Virus record (IMG/VR): IMGVR_UViG_3300046368_000651
Location: 1-64,000 of that record
Direction: 5' to 3' (one strand)
Length of the DNA stretch: 64,000 nucleotides
DNA from: an uncultured virus (IMG/VR IMGVR_UViG_3300046368_000651)
Taxonomy: Duplodnaviria; Heunggongvirae; Uroviricota; Caudoviricetes
The notes below the pieces were generated by a model that saw only the letters and a list, made by a program, of their open reading frames with translations, had not been told where the DNA came from and searched no databases. Every line of letters begins with the position of its first letter. Positions within the stretch are counted from its first letter, which is position 1. Below are positions 1 through 9,264 of this stretch, piece by piece. A program made the translations under genes and the position numbers.

Positions 1-1412
1 ACTATCCATTTGCGTAAATCTTCAAAAAAGTCTACTTCACGTATACCTTGTTTGCTTAGATACTTTGCTAGATAATGTCCAAAACCGTAATAATACATTA
101 AGATGCTTACCCAGCTAAACATAAAGCCTTGTAATACTGTATTCCAATCTGCTGTGCGTGTACTAACTACTGCGCCAGTGTATTCAAAAATATACTTTTC
201 CATATCAGTATCACGTAGATAAAATGTGTCTAGAGGTATTTCCTTAACACCCATTCCATATGTATCTTGGTATTTGCTGTCGCCCATTGTAGCGTTATAT
301 GTTATAACCAAAGGATGTATCATTAGATAACTATCTTGTCCTAAGTCAATAAGTTTTTGCACATTATTTTTTAGACTATCGTATGTTTCTTCTGGCATAG
401 GCCAAATAAGTTCACTGTAAGTAGGAATATCTTCTTCCCTATACTTTTCTAAATATTCCGCAACTTGTTCTTCGTTGATATTAAAGCGTTCGCTTGCAAC
501 TAGTGTTGTATCATTAAAACTTTGCATAGCAAACGTAACACCTTTAAAAATATTTACAGGTGCTTTTTTATTCATTAATGCAATATCAAAATTTCTATCT
601 ACATTGTTCTTTGCCCATGTAGCATCAAACCACATAGGATAGCCATACTTTTCTTTTGCGTCTAAGACAAGTTGTGTAAGTTCTACATCACGTTTTAGCA
701 ATCCCCAATTACTATCACAAACACTTACATACTCAATTTTGTTTTTGCCCATCCATTCAATTTCTTGTTTACAACGTTCCATATCAAACAATGTAAGTTT
801 GTTCCAATAACTATCACCAATGTCGCAAAATGCACAGTGATAAGGGCATCCACGCAAACTTTCCCAAGTAACTTGCCACATAGTGTCTTTAGGATACTTT
901 GCCATAATTGGCTCATAGAATCCTTCTAGTATTGGACTTGGAATATCTGCTATGCTTTTTCTACGCATTGCCATCTTAGGCATGTGTGTACGTGTTTGTG
1001 TGTGTACAATGTCGTCATACTCACCAATTGGTCTAGCAAGTATCTCTTTCATAGCATTTTCGCCTTCGCCGTGTACTGCTACATCAAAGTATGGATATTT
1101 GTCAAAAAACTCTTTGTCACGCTTGTCAATTTGCGGACCACCTGTTACAATTACACAATTAGGGTACACACGTTTTACTTCAGTTGCTAGTTGTTTATTG
1201 TATTCCCAGTTCCAAATATAGCTGCTCATTACAACCATTTTTGGTTCTACCATTTCTGCAACATATTCACTTGGCACTGGCTTTTCAATTAATGTGTCTA
1301 CTAGATTCCAATTGTCGTTTTTTCCATAGCACCACTGGTATGCTATCGCCAAAGGCAAAAATTTATTAGGCCCGTATGCATCACTTGCTTGTATTAGGTA
1401 TATATTATTCAA
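1..1412 (-). CDS. B12-binding radical SAM protein (3' end runs off window)
   Basis: Manual translation from TTG at 1412: MNNIYLIQASDAYGPNKFLPLAIAY...SSYIWNWEYN...VTGGPQ...HGEGE...ESLRGCPYHCAFCDIG, giving a CxxxCxxC motif after a cobalamin-binding-like N-domain. Absent from the ORF track because it is truncated. Confidence 0.8.
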   Translation of the reverse strand, partial: MNNIYLIQASDAYGPNKFLPLAIAYQWCYGKNDNWNLVDTLIEKPVPSEYVAEMVEPKMVVMSSYIWNWEYNKQLATEVKRVYPNCVIVTGGPQIDKRDKEFFDKYPYFDVAVHGEGENAMKEILARPIGEYDDIVHTQTRTHMPKMAMRRKSIADIPSPILEGFYEPIMAKYPKDTMWQVTWESLRGCPYHCAFCDIGDSYWNKLTLFDMERCKQEIEWMGKNKIEYVSVCDSNWGLLKRDVELTQLVLDAKEKYGYPMWFDATWAKNNVDRNFDIALMNKKAPVNIFKGVTFAMQSFNDTTLVASERFNINEEQVAEYLEKYREEDIPTYSELIWPMPEETYDSLKNNVQKLIDLGQDSYLMIHPLVITYNATMGDSKYQDTYGMGVKEIPLDTFYLRDTDMEKYIFEYTGAVVSTRTADWNTVLQGFMFSWVSILMYYYGFGHYLAKYLSKQGIREVDFFEDLRKWI

Positions 1413-1930
1413 CGTAAAAATTCTCGCCAATCTAATTCATATTTAATACTATTAATTTTATGTACGCCTATTAGGTATAGCACATAACTTGCTACACTCG
1501 ATCCTCTACCTACACCCCATACAATGTCGTTCTCACGCATAAAGTCTACAAGATAGACCATATAGCGTAATAATGGTAACATACCTCTTTTGTTAAACTC
1601 TGCATATTCTTCAAAATAACGTGTAAGTTCTTCTTGTGTTGTGCATTTATTTTGCAAGTATGCTGCAATGTCCATGTTCTTGTATTGCTCAGGCATAAAC
1701 CATTCACTTTGACATACACCGTCAAAAGTCTTTTCGTCTACATCTAATGGAATATACTTTTGTAGTTTGTCTAGACCTTGTTCTTCCATTGCAGCATTAA
1801 ATTTATCAACATCATCATTAGAGTCACACAGAACTACGTGGCACTTGTCTACATTGCCACTGTAAATCATATCTACTAAGTCTTTATTAGAGAATCGTGG
1901 GATACCGAGTTCGTCTGTTTTCATAAGCAT
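1409..1930 (-). CDS. Short DnaE (DNA polymerase III alpha)-like protein
   Basis: C-terminal GVGRGSSVASYVLYLIGVHKINSIKYEL matches the DnaE GxGRGS motif; only 173 aa. Confidence 0.7.
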   Translation of the reverse strand: MLMKTDELGIPRFSNKDLVDMIYSGNVDKCHVVLCDSNDDVDKFNAAMEEQGLDKLQKYIPLDVDEKTFDGVCQSEWFMPEQYKNMDIAAYLQNKCTTQEELTRYFEEYAEFNKRGMLPLLRYMVYLVDFMRENDIVWGVGRGSSVASYVLYLIGVHKINSIKYELDWREFLR

Positions 1931-1936
1931 ACATGT

Positions 1937-1965
1937 ATTTTAACTTACATTTATTAATTTGTCAA
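1937..1965 (-). promoter_or_regulatory. sigma70-type promoter
   Basis: TTGACA-N17-TAAAAT upstream of the 1930 start. Confidence 0.6.
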
Positions 1966-2167
1966 GATCTGTTTTAGGTTCTTCTGCACTTTTTTGCTGA
2001 CCTAATCTTCTTTCTTCAAGCTCGAGCTTGTACGTATCCATTAATAAAATCATTTGCTGACGAACGTCTTCGTTGTCGGTCATAAAATACATTCCGTTAA
2101 GTTTGTATAGTTTCTTTTCAAGTTCTTGTACAGATAAAGTTTTAACTTCGGCTTGCGGATGCATCAA
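1940..2167 (-). CDS. Hypothetical protein
   Basis: 75 aa ORF abutting its neighbours. Confidence 0.6.
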   Translation of the reverse strand: MMHPQAEVKTLSVQELEKKLYKLNGMYFMTDNEDVRQQMILLMDTYKLELEERRLGQQKSAEEPKTDLDKLINVS

Positions 2168-2751
2168 TCAAACGATCCTATGTAATTAAAGAACAAGTTA
2201 TTTCCTGTATCGTATGTAAACACATCAACAATAATTTTTTGTCCGATTGAACCAGTATGTGTTAGGATATTGTTTCCGCCAACCCATGCAGCATTATTGT
2301 CATTTAATCCAGTGCCGTTACCAGGAGATAGTGTAATGTTAGTTGATACTCCGCTGCTTACACTCATAATAACTCGTAATTTTGCATACCTATTTGTAGG
2401 CCATCCAACAAACGATACTGTCATGATATTACCTGCTGGTGCAGTAGCATTAAATTGATGTACATGTGCATCTCTATAGTCTACTTCGTGATCGGCTGTT
2501 AGTGTTTGACTACTGTTGTTAAACTTTTCAGTGACTTGTAACAGTTCAGCATCTTGGATTTCGTTGCCAACATGATTATTATCTGCATCAATTCTAGCAC
2601 GATTTGCTTGTAGTGCTGTAATCTCTGATCCAGCAGTTGTTATGTTTGTTTTTATACTATTAAAGTTGTCGCGAAATCCTTGGCTATCGTTGTCGATACC
2701 TGCCACTGGATAATCTGCGTCAATTGTACTTGTGTCTATGCTGCTTGCCAT
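2164..2751 (-). CDS. Putative virion structural protein
   Basis: N-terminal YPVAGIDNDSQGFRDNF motif resembles jumbo-phage baseplate/tail proteins; lies in the structural cluster. Confidence 0.55.
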   Translation of the reverse strand: MASSIDTSTIDADYPVAGIDNDSQGFRDNFNSIKTNITTAGSEITALQANRARIDADNNHVGNEIQDAELLQVTEKFNNSSQTLTADHEVDYRDAHVHQFNATAPAGNIMTVSFVGWPTNRYAKLRVIMSVSSGVSTNITLSPGNGTGLNDNNAAWVGGNNILTHTGSIGQKIIVDVFTYDTGNNLFFNYIGSFD

Positions 2752-2782
2752 GTTATTTCCTCTGCTATACTATTTATTCTCG

Positions 2783-5700
2783 TTAGCTGTTAAATTGATA
2801 ATTACCGAATACAATATATTGATCTTCGGATGATTCTGTAGTTGCATTAACAATGTATCGATCAATATCGTAATCTAGTTTGTTAAATGCAAAACCTACT
2901 GTGTTATTTTTTATAAAGTTATTTACATTTGCAAGCATCTGTGTGCCTTCGCCTGGTTTTGTGTACACCAAAGGCACTGCAAATGTATATCCTAATTCAC
3001 GTAAACTTCCATCCTGTGCAGTTTGCATCCAAATTGGTAAAAAATCTTTACTAGTTTCACCTACTGCATTAAGATTAGATCTCATTTTTTCAATGTTACT
3101 AATATAAGTCCTAGCGTCCGAACCTTCACTAACTGCTACAGCATCACTATCAATTTTTATGGTAGTCCAGTCAGGACGTAGTCGCCAAGTTTCTTCTAAT
3201 CCGTCAACTGTTGTTGTACTTGCTACTGGAATAAGATTAACAGCACCGTTGCGTTTGATTATACTAATATTACCAACTGCATTTATTTTTACTGTTGCGC
3301 CACCACGTTTGATTACAGTTAATTCTCCTGTTTTTAAATCTAGCTTAAATGTAGTATTGTCTTTTCGAATAACACTCAAACCTACACCACCGGCACCACC
3401 ACTAAAACTATCGTCAATTGGTTCATACGATACACTGTCAACTGTAATTGCTTTTCCACTATTTGGTGATATAAAGTTATCTCTTGTTTCGCCCTTTGAT
3501 GGCAATGCAGGATCGACCATTTCGATGTATACAACTTCGTACAAAACAGTATCAGTACCAGGTTTCTTTGCTACTGCTTTTTTGATGTCTCCAAAGTAAT
3601 ACTGTTTTCTTTTAACACCTTTTACACTTGCACTTACATAATCGCCAATACTCTTTTGTTCAATACCAGCAAAAATTAAACTACGTAGTTCTTTTTGTAC
3701 GCCAAAATTTGGATCGCTCGGTCTATATAAACTTTGTGGTGTAAACACAGTAGTATTATTTAATAATTGATTAATTGTGCGCCTTTGGACTTTTGGTAAA
3801 AATGGCTTCATATACAAATTGCTATATTCATTGGTATCAAGCGTATCAATATTAATTGTAAATTCTTGAGAGATGTTTGTATTTGCAAATCTATCTCTTG
3901 CTAACACTGTAAACTTAAATGTTCGATCAAATGTTTGAGTATTGCCGTCAAATGTAGTATTTTGTGTATCAAACTTTGTAAGTCCGGGATTATCTACTGT
4001 ACCAATACTTGGAAATCTTCCTGAAATTTCGCCAGTTGTAGCAAGTGTCATTCCGTATGGTAATGTACCGCCTATTAATGCATAACTTAATACAGCTGAT
4101 GCATATGTGCTGGTTGCACTTACACTAAACAAACTATCTCTATTTGGTTTGATACTTCCAATTAGTGCAGGAGTATTCCAACTTAGTACACTATCAATTT
4201 CTCCAAGAATTTGAATTGTAAATGTTTTAATTTTTTCTTGTATGTTGCTTTCGTCTTTGGTAAAACTTTTTTCAAAGTTTCCTCCTCGTACAGCACCAAA
4301 GCTAATATTTCGACCAACATTGTATGTTCTTTGTAGAACTTTATCAATCTTTACTCTTTGGTATTCTGCATTTTTTGTAATATTAATTGGCGCACTATCA
4401 GCTGTATGAAATAGTTCTCTAATGTATGTAGCATTACTAGAATTAGCTGTTAATGGCACCTGCATTTCTACTTGGTATACTCCAGCTGCTCCTGTTGTAA
4501 CTACAATGTATGCTGGCAAGTCTCCTTGTTTTAATAAGTTTTCTAACCCGTCAATAAGACTAACCCCAGCACTATCATCAAAAGAATTTGTAACCAATTC
4601 GAGCGAGTTGGTTGGATCAACACTAACAGTATATTTTACATAATCGTTTATACTATTGATGGTATATGTTTCAGTATCGCTATAAATTATATCCTGTCCA
4701 TTGTAGAATAGCAAATCTGCTGTGCCTAGCTTGTTAATATAGAAATAATCATTAGCACCAGAAGGTTCAGCTACAACCAAAGGATTATATTTGTAAAATG
4801 GATCAAGCCCTCTGTTTAGTGTTACAGTGTCAAATTCAGCATTATCGTCATTTACACCTTCAATTCTATAATTACGTCCTTCAATTTCAACATCTTCTCC
4901 TACCAGTTCTACTAGGTCGTCTATCCCATCTGTTAAGTCTGTGCTTAGTTTTGCAATTTTAATTGTTTGTGTGCCAGCTAACATATCTTCATAGAACGTA
5001 CCGAACACAGTAACAATACCAGTGTCTTCATTATAGCGTAGCGCACTAACTGTAAAATTATATTCTTTTGTAACTGCTGGCTGATAAGGAATAATACCTG
5101 CTACTTCTCCAGTTGCAGGATCTAAATCAAGTCCAGGAGGCAGTTCACTTACGCTTTCAGCTTTTACTACTGTAAATTCGTCAGTTGTAATTGGATCTGC
5201 TACAAATTGTTCATTGAGACTATCTGGTCCACGTTTGCTTACAGGAAAATATGGAAGTATGCCACTAAGTTCATAGTAACCTTCGGTTATTTCACCTGTT
5301 GCAGTTAGTTTATACTGTCCTGGGTTACGCTGCTTCTTTTGATATACTAAAGCACCACTAACATCAGGTTGTACTACTGTTTCTAAAAACAGAGTTGTAT
5401 AGTTGTTTGCTCTACGTTTTCCTAAATCGCTTGGTGTTACCCATATTGGAATTCTTTCAAAGGTAATATCGGCAGTAAACACACCAGTACTAACTTCCAT
5501 AAGTGTATTGTCTGCTTTTGTAAAATCATCACCTACAACATATATTGTAAATTGTCGTGAGTTTATTGCAGTGCCGTCTGTTACAGTTACAACAAAAGTG
5601 TAACGTCTGTTAAGTTTGCGTGGCGGCTGCACTAAGTCAACATTTGTTAAATCTACATCGCCGTAGTAGTAACTTTCAATTCTGTCATCTGCAGATGCGC

Positions 5701-6286
5701 CCCAGTCAAACACATTAGTACCGTATCTACCTGCATCGTAACCTAGTCTAATTTCATTAATATCTAATGCACGTAATGGATCAACTACACCCGAAATACG
5801 TCCAGCACTATTCATTGATAATCCTGGAGGTAGTGTATTCTGTCCTGCAGTACTGCCGTCACCTAATATGTATTCAAGTGTTTCGCCAGCAGCTACATCT
5901 AAGTCAATTGCTTCAAGTTGAAAATCAATTGGTGAACTGTCTAATATAAAATAAACACCATTAGGACCAACAGGTAAGTTGCCTTCGGCTGTTACCCAAA
6001 CTGGCTCGTCGTATCCATCTACTGTAAGTTTTAGTGTACGGTCAGCAATTTTAGTATCACCTGTGGCACGTATACAGAATGCACTTGTTTTGATACTTTT
6101 TACATTATACGGAGTTCCGACTATTTGATTGTTTTCTATTCTTAATCCGTCGGGTAATGCACCACTAATAACTTTTGTAGTTATACCAGTTGTATCCACA
6201 AGAGGTAAGTCAATAGCAATAGTTTGTCTTTCTTGTAGTGTACCTAGGCTACTGCCGTTGATTACGCTCCATTGTGGCTCAGCCAT
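2783..6286 (-). CDS. Large virion (baseplate) protein with putative Ig-like repeats
   Basis: 1167 aa with repeated G.LP.GL.L...G.I.G segments (LPDGLRIENNQIVG, LPPGLSMNSAGRISG, LPPGLDLDPATGEVAG, LPYGMTLATTGEISG). Confidence 0.65.
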   Translation of the reverse strand: MAEPQWSVINGSSLGTLQERQTIAIDLPLVDTTGITTKVISGALPDGLRIENNQIVGTPYNVKSIKTSAFCIRATGDTKIADRTLKLTVDGYDEPVWVTAEGNLPVGPNGVYFILDSSPIDFQLEAIDLDVAAGETLEYILGDGSTAGQNTLPPGLSMNSAGRISGVVDPLRALDINEIRLGYDAGRYGTNVFDWGASADDRIESYYYGDVDLTNVDLVQPPRKLNRRYTFVVTVTDGTAINSRQFTIYVVGDDFTKADNTLMEVSTGVFTADITFERIPIWVTPSDLGKRRANNYTTLFLETVVQPDVSGALVYQKKQRNPGQYKLTATGEITEGYYELSGILPYFPVSKRGPDSLNEQFVADPITTDEFTVVKAESVSELPPGLDLDPATGEVAGIIPYQPAVTKEYNFTVSALRYNEDTGIVTVFGTFYEDMLAGTQTIKIAKLSTDLTDGIDDLVELVGEDVEIEGRNYRIEGVNDDNAEFDTVTLNRGLDPFYKYNPLVVAEPSGANDYFYINKLGTADLLFYNGQDIIYSDTETYTINSINDYVKYTVSVDPTNSLELVTNSFDDSAGVSLIDGLENLLKQGDLPAYIVVTTGAAGVYQVEMQVPLTANSSNATYIRELFHTADSAPINITKNAEYQRVKIDKVLQRTYNVGRNISFGAVRGGNFEKSFTKDESNIQEKIKTFTIQILGEIDSVLSWNTPALIGSIKPNRDSLFSVSATSTYASAVLSYALIGGTLPYGMTLATTGEISGRFPSIGTVDNPGLTKFDTQNTTFDGNTQTFDRTFKFTVLARDRFANTNISQEFTINIDTLDTNEYSNLYMKPFLPKVQRRTINQLLNNTTVFTPQSLYRPSDPNFGVQKELRSLIFAGIEQKSIGDYVSASVKGVKRKQYYFGDIKKAVAKKPGTDTVLYEVVYIEMVDPALPSKGETRDNFISPNSGKAITVDSVSYEPIDDSFSGGAGGVGLSVIRKDNTTFKLDLKTGELTVIKRGGATVKINAVGNISIIKRNGAVNLIPVASTTTVDGLEETWRLRPDWTTIKIDSDAVAVSEGSDARTYISNIEKMRSNLNAVGETSKDFLPIWMQTAQDGSLRELGYTFAVPLVYTKPGEGTQMLANVNNFIKNNTVGFAFNKLDYDIDRYIVNATTESSEDQYIVFGNYQFNS

Positions 6287-6295
6287 ATGACCCCC

Positions 6296-7042
6296 TTAAA
6301 TACTTCCGCCGTCAATACCACCTGACGCTGGAGTTGTGATAGTTCCTAAATCTACAATTTGATTTCCTAAAAACCATTGTAGTTGCCCTTCGTATGTAGC
6401 AGTAATTGAACCAATGTCCCAAGTTAAAAATCTGCCTAAATTTTCTTCGTATGCTACTGAATTAGTACTAGTAGTTCTAATATTAGTTGGTGCAAGTGTA
6501 CTAATTGATCCGGTGCCACTTACAGTAAGTGTTGCTGTCAATGCACTAGTCGAACTTAGATTGTTTACACCTGTGATATTTTGACTATTAGCATCTAAAC
6601 TTGCACCAAGTGTTGGACTAGTATCCTGCTCAAGTGCAGCATCAATAATAATTTGAGGGTTTGGACTAGCATTAGCATCTGCTCTAGTTTCAACTCCGTC
6701 GCCGCCATAGATTGCCCAGCTACTTCCGTTTCCTAATAGTATACTGCCTACATCACTAATCACAGCACTTTGCTGTACAGGGTCACTACCGTCAATAACA
6801 ATAGTATTGTCTAGTTCTGTTAGATTAATGTTACTACCGCCGATTAGATTTCTAAATCTTAAACTGTTGGCTACTTTGTCTTTGTAAACACTACTTCCTG
6901 AAGCGCCAAGACTTAATCCATCGGTTGCCTGCACTGCTTCAAGGTCTGCAAAATTGTTGTTTACCTTAATAAATGCTTCTCGGAGATCGTCGCCTGTTCC
7001 GTCGTTTGCTGCATTACCTATGTTAATTGTTTGTACTGCCAT
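6296..7042 (-). CDS. Baseplate/tail-fibre connector, T4 gp9/gp10-like N-terminus
   Basis: Starts MAVQTINIGNAANDGTGDDLREAFIKVNNNF. Confidence 0.7.
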   Translation of the reverse strand: MAVQTINIGNAANDGTGDDLREAFIKVNNNFADLEAVQATDGLSLGASGSSVYKDKVANSLRFRNLIGGSNINLTELDNTIVIDGSDPVQQSAVISDVGSILLGNGSSWAIYGGDGVETRADANASPNPQIIIDAALEQDTSPTLGASLDANSQNITGVNNLSSTSALTATLTVSGTGSISTLAPTNIRTTSTNSVAYEENLGRFLTWDIGSITATYEGQLQWFLGNQIVDLGTITTPASGGIDGGSI

Positions 7043-7055
7043 CTAAATCTCCTCT

Positions 7056-8693
7056 TTAATTTGTTGCAACTTCTAGCCAAGAATTATTTAAAAATACCAT
7101 TAGTGCTTGGCTGCCATCGCCGATTGGATCCCAGGCTTGCCCGTCGGCTATTGCCATCATTCCTATAAAGGTATCATCTGCATTCGGCGTTCCGCCGATA
7201 GGTGGAATAAATGTAGCCCACCCGCCGGTAACAAGACCGTTGCCTGCTGCGTTAACAAAATCTCTACCACTAAGATATATTTGGTGATATCCGTGTGTAC
7301 TATTGTACATATATGTACCTTCTGACGGGCTACTTGGTCTTTGTGCATCTGTGCCGCCGCCACTTTGGGCAAGTTCTACATAATTTGCACGAACACGTAT
7401 TCCAGCTCCTGCTTCAAATGTGATTGTTCCTGATGCGTTGTTGTTGTCAATTTGTAAATTAGCTGTGTCTGCTATAATTCCACCTAAGCTAACATTTCCG
7501 CTAATGTAAGCTGAAGCAAATTCGTTACTGGCATCGCCTAAGCCAATATTTGCAGCAGGACTTAATGTTGCACTTACACCAATAGTATTTCCTGAATCTA
7601 ATACTAAGTTGCCGGTGCCGCCAATAGTCATGGTGTTACCACCTGCGGTATCAATACTAAATGCATTAGAGTGGTTAAAAGAAAGACCGCCGGTGTTAAG
7701 TTGCATATCAGTAGCAATAATTTGTCCACTACTCGTTATTGCACCTGTTCCAATTGATAGTGCTGTGGTAGAACCTAGTTGGAGAACATCGTCGAGTGTT
7801 TGAGTTTCAGAAGTTAAAAATCCTAGTAAGTTAGTTGCACCATTATATGGTGTATATCCAATTGCTGTTACAACTTCACTAGCATCAATATAACCATTTG
7901 GGTTAGTAGTGCCGTTGTATGGTGTATATCCTAAGGCAGTTGTTACATCTGCTTCGGCGATACCTGTGATATATCCAGCTGGGTTAGTGTTATTGTATGG
8001 TGTGTAACCTAAAGCATCTGTAATACCTATTGCAGTATTGATAAATCCATCTGGGTTAGTAGCATTGTAAGGAGTAAACCCTAGTGCGCCAGTAATTTGA
8101 GTGCCAGTTAACCCATCTAAAATACTTGCAGTTGTAATAGTAGTTAAATTTTCTTCGGTAGCATTTACAACTACTAATTGATCTGCTCTTCCATCAAATG
8201 TAAAGCCATCACTTAAACTTTCAAATGTACCGCCTGCTAACAAGCCACCGTTGTCTGTAAGATCAGCAAGGTCTGTCGGGATCAATCCATCAGTGTCGCC
8301 AAGTTGATTAAGGTCAATTGGAATAAATGGTTTGTTAATTAAGTCATTATAGTCACCAGTAAATCCGCCACCTAATAATCCATCTGTATCAGCTAACTGA
8401 TTAACGTCTACCGGAATAGTTGGAGCATCTAATAGATTATTAAAACTAACTTGTTCTAGTAATGGTAATCCTCCAACAGTATAAGTAAGTGCTTCAATTG
8501 TTCCGCTAACAGTTGCATTAGTTGCTAACACAAGCGGCGCTGTTAGTGTACCGCCTGCTGTAATGCCACCTGTTGTGCTTAGTGAGGATAACCCAGTTAA
8601 GTTATTGCCAGTAAGATCTAAATCATCACCGACTGGCAGTTCTCTCAACTGGTTGTTTGTTTCATCTAATATTAGTGGAAATCTACTTGCCAT
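7056..8693 (-). CDS. Tail fibre protein with repeats
   Basis: Gly/Thr-rich; four ALG(Y/F)TPYNxxNPxG(Y/F)I-like repeats and DxxQLxDTDGLL-like repeats. Confidence 0.65.
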   Translation of the reverse strand: MASRFPLILDETNNQLRELPVGDDLDLTGNNLTGLSSLSTTGGITAGGTLTAPLVLATNATVSGTIEALTYTVGGLPLLEQVSFNNLLDAPTIPVDVNQLADTDGLLGGGFTGDYNDLINKPFIPIDLNQLGDTDGLIPTDLADLTDNGGLLAGGTFESLSDGFTFDGRADQLVVVNATEENLTTITTASILDGLTGTQITGALGFTPYNATNPDGFINTAIGITDALGYTPYNNTNPAGYITGIAEADVTTALGYTPYNGTTNPNGYIDASEVVTAIGYTPYNGATNLLGFLTSETQTLDDVLQLGSTTALSIGTGAITSSGQIIATDMQLNTGGLSFNHSNAFSIDTAGGNTMTIGGTGNLVLDSGNTIGVSATLSPAANIGLGDASNEFASAYISGNVSLGGIIADTANLQIDNNNASGTITFEAGAGIRVRANYVELAQSGGGTDAQRPSSPSEGTYMYNSTHGYHQIYLSGRDFVNAAGNGLVTGGWATFIPPIGGTPNADDTFIGMMAIADGQAWDPIGDGSQALMVFLNNSWLEVATN

Positions 8694-8739
8694 TCTCGTA
8701 TCCTTGTATTGTTATGTATATTTATCGTAGTTGGTATCG

Positions 8740-9264
8740 TCATGTCCAATAGTACCAAGCAGTGCCGTCCCAAACAAATTCCGCAGACTGGGCAATACCA
8801 ACTTCACGTTGTGATGCTGCTTGTACTCCGCCTGCTTCAAAAATATTTCCGCTGATCTTTGTTGCACCGGCGAGCCCGCCATTCCAAGCGTCAACAAATC
8901 TTATTATTTGACCAACATATGCACCACTTCCTATATCTGCATATATATTTACTGACGGAGTGCCTTTGATTATATATGTTGAATTAGTAGTGTTATCTAG
9001 TATTGTAGGATTTACGCTATCTGTACTAAATCCTGTATCAGCCGGAACTAATACTACACCTGCAGGTCTATGACCATCAGTAATTCCATAACCTGCTATT
9101 GTAGTTGGTTTTCCTGTAAGAGAACTAAACGCACCGTCAAAATTGGAAGTATCTGCTGTATACAGTTCATCAAAGTTATCATTGATTTTATCAAATGCTG
9201 TGCGTAACGGATCACCATCACCTTTGTTTACTGATGATCCAATGTTTATTGTTTGCTTAGCCAT
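8740..9264 (-). CDS. gp9/gp10-like tail accessory protein
   Basis: Starts MAKQTINIGSSVNKGDGDPLRTAFDKINDNFDELY. Confidence 0.65.
   Translation of the reverse strand: MAKQTINIGSSVNKGDGDPLRTAFDKINDNFDELYTADTSNFDGAFSSLTGKPTTIAGYGITDGHRPAGVVLVPADTGFSTDSVNPTILDNTTNSTYIIKGTPSVNIYADIGSGAYVGQIIRFVDAWNGGLAGATKISGNIFEAGGVQAASQREVGIAQSAEFVWDGTAWYYWT

Noticed and set aside
7820..8420. Repeats resembling a CRISPR array or DGR template
   Set aside because: They are degenerate in-frame protein repeats of a tail fibre. I saw no identical repeats with spacers, no cas genes and no reverse transcriptase.
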